From Chiloscyllium plagiosum (Eukaryota): DNA of 35,795 bases. The translations under genes were made by a program, and so were the position numbers. The notes beneath the pieces are model-generated. The model made no database searches and had not been told where the DNA came from. It was given only the letters and a program-made list of their open reading frames with translations. Location of the stretch: contig NC_057756.1 of assembly GCF_004010195.1 (NCBI RefSeq), positions 5,028,805 through 5,064,599 of the forward strand. Direction: 5' to 3'. Of this stretch, positions 20,226 through 31,269 are shown in pieces (within the stretch, counting starts at the first letter, position 1; every line of letters begins with the position of its first letter).

Positions 20226-21124
20226 TTATATTTATATTTATATATCCCACGCAGACACAGGGAGAATGTGCAAACTCCACACAGACAGTCTCCCAATGGG
20301 GGGAATCGAACCCCCCGTCCCTGGCGCTGTGAGGCAGCAGTGCCCTTGTTTTTTTTAAACTTCTTGAGTTTGTTTTGTTGGATAGAGTCAAACACTGTGA
20401 TTCTGCATATACTACTGTGCCGAACTGAACTGCTCTTCTGACTATGTATGTGTATCAAGACACGTCTACCATCATTTTTTTGAAATTTCAACAAAGCGTT
20501 TTCGGCTTCCGAAGGGAATTACAAGGGAGGGGTTTGCGTTGAGAGCCTGGAGGGAGTATTTTCATCACATTCCCCTCTTGGCACTTGTCACCCCCTCACT
20601 CACTTCAAAACCCACCCCTCTTTCTGTTTAGAAGTGGATTCTGATCGTCAACACTGGGTTAGTGAAGCCAAGGGCAGAACAGAGAGACAGCAGGGAGGGA
20701 GAGAGAGAGAGAGAGAGAGAACTGAAAGTGCCTGAGAAACACCAATAACGAAACAGGAGGCAAGTGAAGGCAGAACGCTTATCTCTCTAACATCACAGAT
20801 CTGTCAGTCATCCACATTAAAACAACAGTATCAGGTTATGGAACTCTTCCCAATGTGCAGCTCCTCGTTATAGAATTAACCCTGCCATACACACAACCCA
20901 GAACATAGCCAATTCACAGCATTTATTAATCCCCAGCTCCAGCACTGACTGATAAACGCAGAAAGTAACAGAGCCTTGAAACTGGAGAGGGTTCGGAAAT
21001 GAATTACCGGGTTGTTAGTGGGATTGGAGGGATCACGTTATAAGGAGAGGCAGAATAGGCTGGGATTTTTTTCACTGGAGCGCTGGAGGTTGAGGAACGG
21101 ACTTTATAGGATATGCATACCTTT

Positions 21125-22065
21125 GGGTGGCATGGTGGCTCAGTGGTGACCACTGCTGCTTCCCAGTGCCAGGGACATGGGTTCGATTCCAGCCTCGGGC
21201 GACTGTCGGTGTGGAGTTTACACATTCTCCCAATGTCTGCATGGATTTCCTCCGGGTGCTCCGGTTTCCTCCCACAGTCCAAAGATATGCAGGTTAGGGT
21301 GGATTGGCCGTGCTAAATTGCCCATCGTGTCCAGGGATGTGCAGGTTAGGGTGGATTAGTCAGGGGTAAATAGAGTCAGAGAGATATACAGCACAGAAAC
21401 AGACCCTTCGGTCCAACTCGTCCATGCCGACCAGATATCCCAACCCAATCTAGTCCCATTTGCCAGCACTTGACCCATGTCCTTCTAAACCCTTCTTATT
21501 CATATACCCATCCAGATGTCTATTAAATGTTGCAATTATATCAGCCTTCACCACTTCCTCTGGCAGTTCATTCTATACATGCACCACCCTCTGCATGAAA
21601 ACGTTGCCCCTTAGGTCTCTTTTATATCTTTCTCCTCTCACCCTAAACCTATGCCCTCTAGTTCTGGACTCCCCCACCCCCGGGAAAAGACGTTGTCTAT
21701 TTACCCTTTCTGTGCCCCTCATGATTTTATAAACCTCTATAAGGTCACCCCACAGCCTCCGACGCTCCAGGGAAAACAGCCCCAGCCTGTTCAGCCTCTC
21801 CCTGTAGCTCAAACCCTCAAACCCTGACAACATCCTTGTAAATCTTTTCTGAACCCTTTCAAGTTTCGACATCTTTCCGATAGGAAGGAGACCAGAATTG
21901 CACGCAATATTCCAACAGTGGCCTCACCAATGTCCTGTACAGCCGCAACATGACCTCCCAACTCCTGTACTCAATTGGGTTGGGGAATGGGTCTGGGTGG
22001 GATACTCTTTGGAGGTTCAGTGTGGACTATTGGGCCCTGTTTCCACACTGTAGGGATTCAATGAC
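21125..22065 (+). mobile_element. HE1-type SINE (21125-21372 plus 21976-22065) split by a minus-strand HER1/CR1 3' fragment (21373-21975)
   Basis: SINE reads ...gtcaggggtaaat | LINE | gggttggggaatgggtctgggtggg; LINE ORF 21573-21872. Confidence 0.88.
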
Positions 22066-22091
22066 ACGTCAATCTATTTACATACGGGGTT

Positions 22092-22253
22092 GAGTGTGGT
22101 GCTGGAAAAGCACGGCCGGACAGGCAGCATCTGAGGAGCAGGAGAATCGACGTTTCAGGCAAAAACCCTTCATCAGGAAAAATCGCCTGAAACGTCGCCT
22201 CTCCTGCTCCTCAGATGCTGCCTGTCCGGCTGTGCTTTTCCAGCACCACACTC
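22092..22253. repeat. Palindrome of Penelope-like terminal sequence, 69-bp arms and 24-nt spacer
   Basis: 22092-22160 versus 22185-22253 reverse complement, 3 mismatches by eye. Confidence 0.92.
22145..22180 (-). ncRNA. Minimal type I hammerhead ribozyme motif (putative)
   Basis: Minus strand: UUUC CUGAUGA agggu-uuuu-gccu GAAAC GUC GAUU. Core intact, short helix I. Confidence 0.5.
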
Positions 22254-22717
22254 TGGACTCGGATCTCCAGCACCTGCAGTCCTCACTATCTCCTCCCTGG
22301 GTCTACATGCATTTGAGACACCAATATAACTGAACAGACCGCCCCCCCCTTTAACTTCGGCAGGAAGACCTCAGACGATGGTCTAGCCCCACTGCCCCTT
22401 GGCGGGAGCTGCCCTGAACTTTAGCGCGTCACGTGCTCCTGGACTTTGGAATGTGCCAACATGCGGGCACGGTCAACTCCGGAAGGCCGACAAGATTCAG
22501 GCACCGTCGACATTGGTCTCAGCGTGCATCCCGGGGGGGGGGGTGCACAGGCCGGAGAGCACGGAGTCCTGGAGCTGCTTGGGAATGAACCCACTGCACC
22601 TTTCTCCAGACGGTCTTTGGCAAAGGCACATTCCGGCAGGAAATGTGCGACGGTCTCTAACCCCTACCCCTCCCCCTGCTTCGTGGGATGCACAGAGAGG
22701 CCTGGGCGTCTTGAAGT

Positions 22718-23395
22718 ATCATAGAACATCGCAAAGTCCAGCACAGAACAGGCCCTTTGGCCCACGATATTGTGCCGAGATTTAATCCTAACGTAAAAAA
22801 TATAGTAACTTAACCTACGCACCCCTCAACTCACTGCTCTCCATGTCCATGTCCAGCAGTCGCTTAAATGTCCCCAATGACTCTGCTTCCACCACCCCCG
22901 CTGGCAACGCATTCCATACATTCACAACTCTCTGCGTAAAGAACCTACCTCTGACGTCCCCTCTCTACCTTTCCCCTAATATCATAAAGCTATGACCCCT
23001 CATACCAGTCAATCCTGCCCTGGGGAAACGTCTCTGGGTACTGACTCTATCCATGCCTCTCATTACCTTGTACACTTCGATCAGGTCTCCTCTCTTCCTT
23101 TTCTCTCCAGAGAGAAAAGTCTGAGCTTATTCAAACTCTCTTCATAAGGCAAGCCCTCCAGTCCAGGCAGCATCCTGGTAAACCTTCTTAGTACCCTCTC
23201 CAAAGCCTCTGTATCTTTCCTATAGTTGGGCGACCAGAACCAGACACAATATTCCAAGTGTGGTCTCACCAGGGACTTGTAGAGCTGCAGCAAAACCTCG
23301 CGGCTCTTAAACTCGATCCCCCTGGTAATGAAAGCCAAAACCCCATGTGCTTTCTTAACAACCCTATCTACTTTGGTGGCAACTATGAGGGATAA
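22718..23395 (-). mobile_element. CR1 LINE 3' fragment (different subfamily)
   Basis: ORF 23081-23503 VDRVVKKAHGVLAFITRGIEFKSREVLLQLYKSLVRPHLEYC. Confidence 0.9.
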
Positions 23396-24614
23396 ATCAT
23401 GTACCTGGCCTGGCAAAGGAGCAACGTTTTGAAAGCTCGTGCTTCCAAATAAACCAGTTGGATGATAACCCGGCGTCGTGTGATGTGTAGCTTTGTCCAC
23501 CACTTCTAGTACCAGTCAATCCTGCCCTGGGGAAAAGTCTCTGGGTACTGACTCTATCCATGCCTCTCATTACCTTGTACACCTCGATCAGATCTCCTCT
23601 CTTCCTCCTTCTCTCCAGAGAGAAAAGTCCGAGTTTATTCNGTCATCAGCACCTCCACATCATGGCTACCGTCCTCCGAGGAGCTCACCCTTGCCAAGGG
23701 CTCACGGGGGTCACAGATTCGAAGTCTCACGTTTTATTCGGCAAAGTCTGAGCTTCTCGGAGGGTTCCTATCTGTGGGGGCATGCCCTCTGAAACTGTAG
23801 CGTATCACAGCTACCATTCGGCCCATTCTGGTCAGCGAGCCACCGTGGATTCCAATCCAGCTTCCCGGCATGTGACCCGGCCTTTCAAGTCTGAGGGTTT
23901 CTGGTCTGGGTGGGGACAAAGAAAAGAATTCCTTAAACCTCCTCCGTCTTTAGTCTCTGACCCCTTGGTTATTGCTCCCTCTGCTCAGGGGAAACATTTC
24001 TTCCTGTCCATCGCCCCTGCAGCACTTCGTACCTTCTGCAGATTTCCATCAGTCTACCCACCCTCAGCTTTGTGAATTTCTGCCGATTTCTGATGCTCAG
24101 TGCTGTCTGGTTTTAAGGGGGACGCAGTGGGTCAAATGCGGTCGGTCAGCCACTAGTCGCGTTGGGTGGACGAGGCAGACGAGTCGGGCCGAATGGCTCA
24201 CTTCCGTTCCCGTATGCCTTCACCGCTTTATCCAGCCTCTCTTTATCGCTGCATCACCGCAACCCGGTGGGGGGGTGAAGGGGGCAACGTCCTGGTGAAC
24301 CCCCTCTGCGCCCCCTTCCGACAGTGCGGAGACTGGAACAGCACACACTGCCCAGCCATGGACTCGTCACAGCTCTGCCAGAGATCGCAAACGGAGACAG
24401 AAATCACCAGGGAAACTCAGCGAGAGCGCAGAGAGAGAAAAGGAGAGTTAACTTTTCGAAGCCAGTGACCCTGGAACCTGCAACGGGGCAGTATCTACGC
24501 TGAGGAGGGGTTAGAAACAGTGGGAGCTCAGGCAGAGACGGGGCACAGAGAGACAGAGAGAACGACAGGAAGGGAAAGGTAAGGATTATAATATACTTGG
24601 GATAAGGGGCTGAA

Positions 24615-25795
24615 AGGTGGCTCACTGTTTGGCACTGCTGCCTCCAGGACCTGGGGTCAATTCTGGCCTCAGGCGACTGTGTGTGTGGGTGTGCTGTGGT
24701 TTTATCCACACAATATAAAGATGTGCAGGTTAGGGTGGATTGGCTATGCTAAATTGTCCCATAGTACCCAGGGATGTGCAGGTTAGGATGGATTGGTCAT
24801 GCAAAATTGTCCCATAGTATTCAGGGATGTGCAGGTTTGGGTGGATTGGTCATGCTAAATTGCCCCATAGAGTTCAGGGGAGTGCAGGTTTGGGTGGATT
24901 GGCCATTCAAAATTGTCCCATTATGCACAGTGATATGTAGGTTAGAGTGGATTGGTCATGCTAACTTGTCTCATACTCTCAGGGATGTGCAGGTTGTGGT
25001 GGTTTGGCAATGCTAAATCGTCCCATCATGTCCAGGGATGTGTAGGTTAGAGTGGATTGGTCATGCTAAATTGTCCCATAGTATTCAGGGATGTGTAGGT
25101 TAGAGTGCATTGAAAATGCTAAATTGTCCATAGTGCCCAGGGATATGCAGGTTATGGTGGATTCGCCATGCTAAATTGACCATCGTGCCCAGGGATGTGC
25201 AGGTTAGGGTAGATTGGTCATACTAAATTGTCCCATAGTATTCAGGGATGTGTAGGTTAGGGTGGATTGGCCATGCTAAATTTCCTCATAGTGACCAGAG
25301 ATGTGCAAGTTTAGGTGGATTGGTCATGCTAATTTGTCCATAGTGCCCAGGGATATGCAGGTTAGGGTGTATTGGCCATTCTAAATTGCCCATCGTGCCC
25401 AGTGATGTGCAGGTTAGGGTGTATTGGTCATGTTAAATTTTCCCATAGTGTCCAGAGGTTGCAGGTTAGGGTGGATTGGTCATACTAAATTGTCCCACAG
25501 TGCACTGGGATGTGCAGGTTAGGGTGGATTTGTCATACTAAAGTTTCCCACAGTGTTCAGGGATGTGCAGGTTAGGATGGATTGGCCATGCTAAATTATC
25601 CCAGTGTATCCAGGGATGTGCAGGTTAGGGAGGATTGGCCATGGGAATGTTTCCCATAGTGTCCAGGGATATACTTGTTAGGTGCATTAGTCAGAGGTAA
25701 ATATAGGGTAGGGGAATGGGTCTGGGTGGTATACTGTTCAGAGGGTTGATGCGGTCCTGTCAGGCCGAAAGGCCTGCTTCCCCACTGGAGGTATT
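24615..25795 (+). mobile_element. HE1-type SINE with large 53-bp tandem array (~18 units, ~24720-25690)
   Basis: Degenerate head ggtggctcactgtttggcactgctgcctc, array, then tail ttagtcagaggtaaatatagggtaggggaatgggtctggg. Confidence 0.88.
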
Positions 25796-25859
25796 CGATG
25801 GCCAGTGGTGGTATAACCACTGGTAGAGTTTGTAATAACTTTCTTGACACCTGTCCGGT

Positions 25860-26884
25860 CACCGCTGACAGTATCTAATTGTGGACACAAAATCATACCA
25901 CCCCGGCAAAACTGAAACAGTCGGTAGTCATGGCGGAAACCAAAAGGGCCAACACAAGCAGAACTTAAACATTTCTCGACCCGGTGAGACCAGAGCACCG
26001 CGGAGGTCGGCGTTTTCACACGGGGGAGCGGGAAAGTGATTGCCCCGAGTAAAGATGGCCGCCAGATGCAGAAAGAATCTCTCCAAGGGTTTTCCCAAAA
26101 TGATGTTGCCGAGAGCTTAACGTCCGGCGGCCATGATTGGATGCTAACCCAGCTGTCCCAGAATGCCAACAGGGACAGACCTTACCGCCAGCAGCTCCCA
26201 GGTTACGTTCTCATCAAGTTTTCAGATGTGCGTGGTGTTAATTCGCCAACCAATGGGGTCGACGGTCCAGAATCTGCCCGCGTCTTTTGCAAAACAGTTA
26301 TCCCCTGCTTTTCGAAAGTTTGCTTTTATGAAAGACCTACATTAGTACCTGTTTTCACTGACTGAAAGAAATCCAAAGCGGTTTTTCACTTTTACGAGAA
26401 ATGGCGAAATTTTTCTCATATGAATTTACGCTTCTTCGCTTTTCGGCTTATGAAAGGTTTCAAAGGAACACTCTACTTTCGGATAGCAGTGGGTTACCTG
26501 TGCACGGATTCCCAGGATTGTTGGACACATACTATTTACCTTCCAGGAATTTGAGTATTTCCTCAAATTGAAGGGCGTTGGGATAGAAAAGGAGAGCTCC
26601 ATACCATTCATTGTCCAATGGTCTGTCAGAATGAGCGCTCCAAACTTTGAAGGCAGACTTCCGGCCTACAGCTTCCCTTCAAACCAAAACTGTCCCGGTT
26701 TCTATTTGATTATTGGACCACCCCTCACGCAGAGATAGCTCCGGCAGGGTTGGTAATGGGGAGAAGACTCCGTACCAAGTTTAATCTGACCGTCCTGGAC
26801 CCGGGCGGTTGGCGAGGGTGTAATGACATCAGGAAGGCCAATGTTGGGCACAAGATGCCTCCAAGCGAGAGAGAGAGAGAGAGA

Positions 26885-26924
<40 letters not shown>

Positions 26925-27480
26925 AGAGAGAGGGGGCATTCACTGTGGGGAAGGGTGGAGTGGTGAAGTTTGGTGCCGAAACCATGGAATTGGCATGAGT
27001 AAGAGGCGTGGTTGACAGGTACTCAGGCCCCGTGGGAGAGGCGGCCCTGAGTGAACCGCACGGAATACTGCAACGGGGGTGGGGGGGAAGGGCATGAGCA
27101 CAACGTACCCGGCCGTGCTCGGGAAGGCTGTCTGGTGTCTAAGCAATCTCGGAGTCTGAGATGGACCCAGAGGGAATCACCAGCCTTGACGCCGGATAAA
27201 GAGATTGAATTTTGTCTGGGATGCTCTGGGCACAAGATGGCGGGTGGCGTGGGGCGATCATCACGAGGAGGAAGAGGACCTGGTGCGGAAACGGTGCTGG
27301 AGAGACGACAAGAGAAAGGACAGGCCTACACCCCCAGTCTCAGAGGGGGGGGAGGGGCGCCGTGGTTGCTGTGATGAGAGTCCAGTAGTCATCGGAGTGC
27401 CCGAGTTCTCTGTTTGGGTTCCGTGCTGGGACGATGGATGGTATGGAGCTCCCAAATCAGGGAGCCCTGGCTGACAGATA
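25860..27480. promoter_or_regulatory. CpG-rich promoter-like island, possibly bidirectional
   Basis: YY1-like AAGATGGCCGCC 26052-26063 and AAGATGGCGG 27234-27243; CCAAT/ATTGG at 26136, 26250, 26615, 26712, 26838; ETS ACTTCCGG 26657-26664; GAS TTCCAGGAA 26541-26549; IRF-like TTTCACTTT 26384-26392; minus-strand donor GCG|GTAAGG at 26185; (GA)n ~26867-26932. Confidence 0.55.
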
Positions 27481-27524
27481 GAGACAGGAGTACCAGAGGT
27501 TCTGCTCGCTCTGAGAACTGCCTC

Positions 27525-28355
27525 TGAGGGAGTTAGAACTGTGTCAAAAGCTTTGCCCGTGTCGCTAAAGAGTGACTTGCTACCAGGATACCGGCCTCGT
27601 TTCTTCCTCAAAAAAAAGACACAATCAGGTTTGTGAGACACGATTTCTCTCACACGAAACCACGTTAACCGTCCTTTTGCGTCCCCAAATACACGTACGT
27701 CCTATCTTGGAGACTCACGTCCAACAATGTCCCCACCACCGAAGTCAGACTCACATCCTTACACCCCCTCGTCAATAGAGGCATAACATTCGCCGTTCTC
27801 CAGTCCTCACAGCTACCTCACCCATAGTCAGAGATGATGCAAACATTTCTGCACAGTTTCCTCCCTACATTCCCACAAAGTCCTGGGATCCGCTAGATCC
27901 GGCCCAGGAGATTGATCCACCTTTATGACACTTGCAGCACGTCCCCGGCTGTGAGGTGACCGGTTTCCAAGACATAAATATTTACTTCCTTGCGCTCTCT
28001 AGCCTCCATTTCTTTCTACAAAGTGAAAAACTGAAGCAAAATATTCACTTAACCTCCCATCTTCCAGGGTTCAACACAAAGATGACCTCGTTGATCTTGA
28101 AGGGGGCCTACTTACTCTCTAGTTGCCCTTTTGCTTTTAATGTACTTAAGGAATCTCTTTGGATTATCCTTAATTTTGCTGGCCAACTCTGCCACATTCC
28201 CTCTTTCCCTTCCTGATTTCCTTCTTGACCATTTCCTGACACTGCTTAAACTCTTTGAGAGATTCATTTGAACCCAGTTGCCCATATCTTATATATGATG
28301 CTTTTTTACTCTTGACGAGAATCTCAATATCTTGATTTATCAGTTGGTACTGACT
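27525..28355 (-). mobile_element. Degenerate CR1 ORF2 fragment
   Basis: KAFDTV in ORF 27261-27653; ORF 28170-28370 (DIEILVKSKKASY..KKEIRKGKR) is the CR1 tether region. Confidence 0.8.
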
Positions 28356-28559
28356 TCTGAAACTTTTCACTGTATTTGTTTTGTCGAAACACAGGCTGAC
28401 AATTAATTGCTGTTCTATACTATACTATTCTATTCCAGTTGTCTGCAATGAGCAGGATGTCTTGTGAGGAAAGGGACAGGCTAGGTCTGTTTCAAAGCGC
28501 GAGAGTTTAAAATGGGTTCTTTGAGTCATTGAGTCTGTGCCAGCTATCTAGATTGTAGT

Positions 28560-30660
28560 GACCCCTGGCGGTGTGTTATTATATACATAACCCGTCACAA
28601 ACCCCTCAAATAGATTCCAGCTGTTACTTAAAGATATCTGTTATTCTGTATATAAACCACCCTGACCCCCTCGATTCGATTCCAATCTGTAACTCACTCT
28701 CAGGTATCTGTTATTCTGTATATAAACCACCCTGACCCCCTTGATTCAATTCCAGTCTGTAACTCACTCTCAGGTATCTGTTATTCTGTATATAAACCAC
28801 CCTGACCCCCTCGATTCGATTCCAGTCTGTAACACACTCTCAGGCATCTGTTATTCTGTGTGTAAACCACCCTGAACCCATCAATTAGATTCCAGTCTGT
28901 AACTCACTCCCGGATATCTGTTATTCTATATATATAAACTACTCTGAACCCTTCGATTAGGTTCCAGTCTGTAACTCACTCCCGGATATCTGTTATTCTA
29001 TATATATAAACCACCCTGAACCCTTCGATTAGGTTCCAGTCTGTAACTCACTCCCGGGTATCTGTTATTCTGTATATAAACCACCCTGAAACCCTCGATT
29101 AGATTCCAGTCTGTAACTCCATCCCGGGTATCTGTTATTTTGTATATAAACTACCACGAACCCCTCGATTAGGTTCCAGTCTGTAACTCCCTCCCGGGTA
29201 TCTGTTATTCTGTATATAATCCGCCTTGAACCCCTCGATTAGATTCCATTCTGTAACTCCATCCTGGATGGAGCTGTTATTCTGTATATAAACCACCCTG
29301 AACCCCTCGATTAGATTCCAGTCTGTAACTCCCTGCCGGATATCTGTTATTCTGTATATAAACCACCCCGAACCCCTCGATTAGATTCCAGTCTGTAACT
29401 CACTCCCGGATATCTGTTATTCTGTGTGTAAACCACCCCGAACCCCTCGATTAGATTCCAGTCTGTAACTCCCTCCAGGATGGAGATGTTATTCTGTATA
29501 TAAACCACCCTGAACCTCTCGATTAGATTCCAGTCTGTAACTCCCTCCTGGAGAGCTGTTTTTCTGGACATAAACCACCCCGAACCCCTCGATTAGATTC
29601 CAGTCTGTAAGTCCCTGCCGGGTATCTGTTATTCTGTATACAAACCACCCTGAACACCTCGATTAGATTCCAGTCTGTAACTCACTCCCGGATATCTGTT
29701 ATTCTGTGTGTAAACCACCCCGAACCCCTCGATTACATTCCAGTCTGCAACTTCATCCCGGAGAGCTGTTATTCTGTGTGTAAACCACCCTGAACCCCTC
29801 GATTAGATTCCAGTCTGTAATTCCCTCCCGAGTATCTGTTATTCTGTATGTAAACCACCCTGAACCCCTCGATTAGATTCCAGTCTGTAACTCCCTCACG
29901 GGTATCTGTTATTCTATATGTAAACCACCCTGAACCCCTCGATTAGATTCCAGTCTGTAACTCCTTCCCGGGTATCTGTTATTCTGTGTGTAAACCACCC
30001 TGAACCCCTCGATTAGATTCCAGTCTGTAACTCCCTCCCAGGAATCTGTTATTCTGTACCTAAACCACCCTGAACCCCTCGATTAGATTCCAGTCTGTAA
30101 CTCCCTCCCGGGTATCTGTTATTCTGTATATAAACCACCCTGAACCCCTCGATTAGATTCCAGTCTGTAACTCCCTCCCGGGTATCTGTTATTCTGTATA
30201 TAAACGAGCCTGAACCCCTTGATTAGATTCCAGTCTGTAACTCCCTCACGGGTATCTGTTATTCTGTATATAAACCACCCTGAACCCCCCGATTAGATTC
30301 CAGTCTGTAACGCCCTCCCGGCTATCTGTTATTCTGTATGTAAATCACCCTGAACCCCTCGATTATATTCCAGTCTGTAACTCCCTCCCGGGTATCTGTT
30401 ATTCTGTATATAAACCAGCCTGAACCCCTCGATTAGATTCCAGTCTGTAACTCACTCCCAGTATCTGTTATTCTGTATCTAAATCACCCTGAACCCCTCG
30501 ATTAGATTCCAGTCTGTAACTCCCTCATGGGTATCTGTTATTCTGTATGTAAACCATCCTGAACTCCTCAATTAGATTCCAGTCTGTAACTCCCTCATGG
30601 GTATCTGTTATTCTATATGTAAACCATCCTGAACTCCTCAATTAGATTCCATTCTGTAAC
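28560..30660 (+). repeat. 70-bp satellite array, ~29 units
   Basis: Unit ctgttattctgtatataaaccaccctgaacccctcgattagattccagtctgtaactccctcccgggtat; taaaccaccc recurs at 30061 and 30131. Confidence 0.97.
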
Positions 30661-30669
30661 TAAAGCACC

Positions 30670-31240
30670 TCTGTTGATGAAGGAGCTGGGATCCTGGGTG
30701 GAATTTGAAAGCATGTTTACTCTTCAGGGTGAGTCCAGAACGTCGGGCACTGTTTCACAAAAATGGTGTCACTCTTTTACCAAAGAAGTGAGGGGAAATG
30801 TTTCCTCTGAGAGGGTGACTGTGCAACTGTCTGTCTGGGGGATGGGGCAGCAGAATCAGACGATTTCAGTGTACATAGCCATGTGACAGTTTGAATGTAT
30901 ACAAATCAACAATGGTCATATATAAAGGCAGAGTAGGCTGGAGGTCCCTGAATGGGTGGCACGCTGGCCCAGTGGTTAGCACCGCTGCCTCACAGCAACA
31001 GGGCCCTGGGTTCAATTCTAGCCTCAGGGCGATTGCCTGTGTGGTTTGCACACTCTCCCTGTGTCTGCTTGGGTTTCCTCCCACAGATTTGTAGGTCAGG
31101 GTGAATTGGCCATGCTTAAATTGCCCATAGTGTTAGGTGCATTAGTCAGAGGGAGATAGGTCTGGGTGGGTTACTGTTCGGAGGGTCGGTGTGGACTTGT
31201 TGGGCCGAAGGGCCTGTTCCCACACAGTAGGGAATTGAAT
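30670..31240 (+). mobile_element. CR1 3' relic (30670-30950) followed by an HE1-type SINE (30955-31240)
   Basis: gaggggaaatgtttcctctgagagggtg; SINE head gggtggcacgctggcccagtggttagc and tail gggccgaagggcctgttcccacac. Confidence 0.82.
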
Positions 31241-31269
31241 TGAATATATAAAATGTCAGAGACAGTGGT

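Noticed and set aside
27237..27374. ATG in good context (AAGATGGCG) opening MAGGVGRSSRGG...
   Set aside because: Stops after 45 codons with no clear donor or homology; the motif is equally explained as YY1-like.
28019..28040. AAAGTGAAAAACTGAAG ISRE-like motif
   Set aside because: Lies inside a decayed CR1 fragment and is explained by that sequence.
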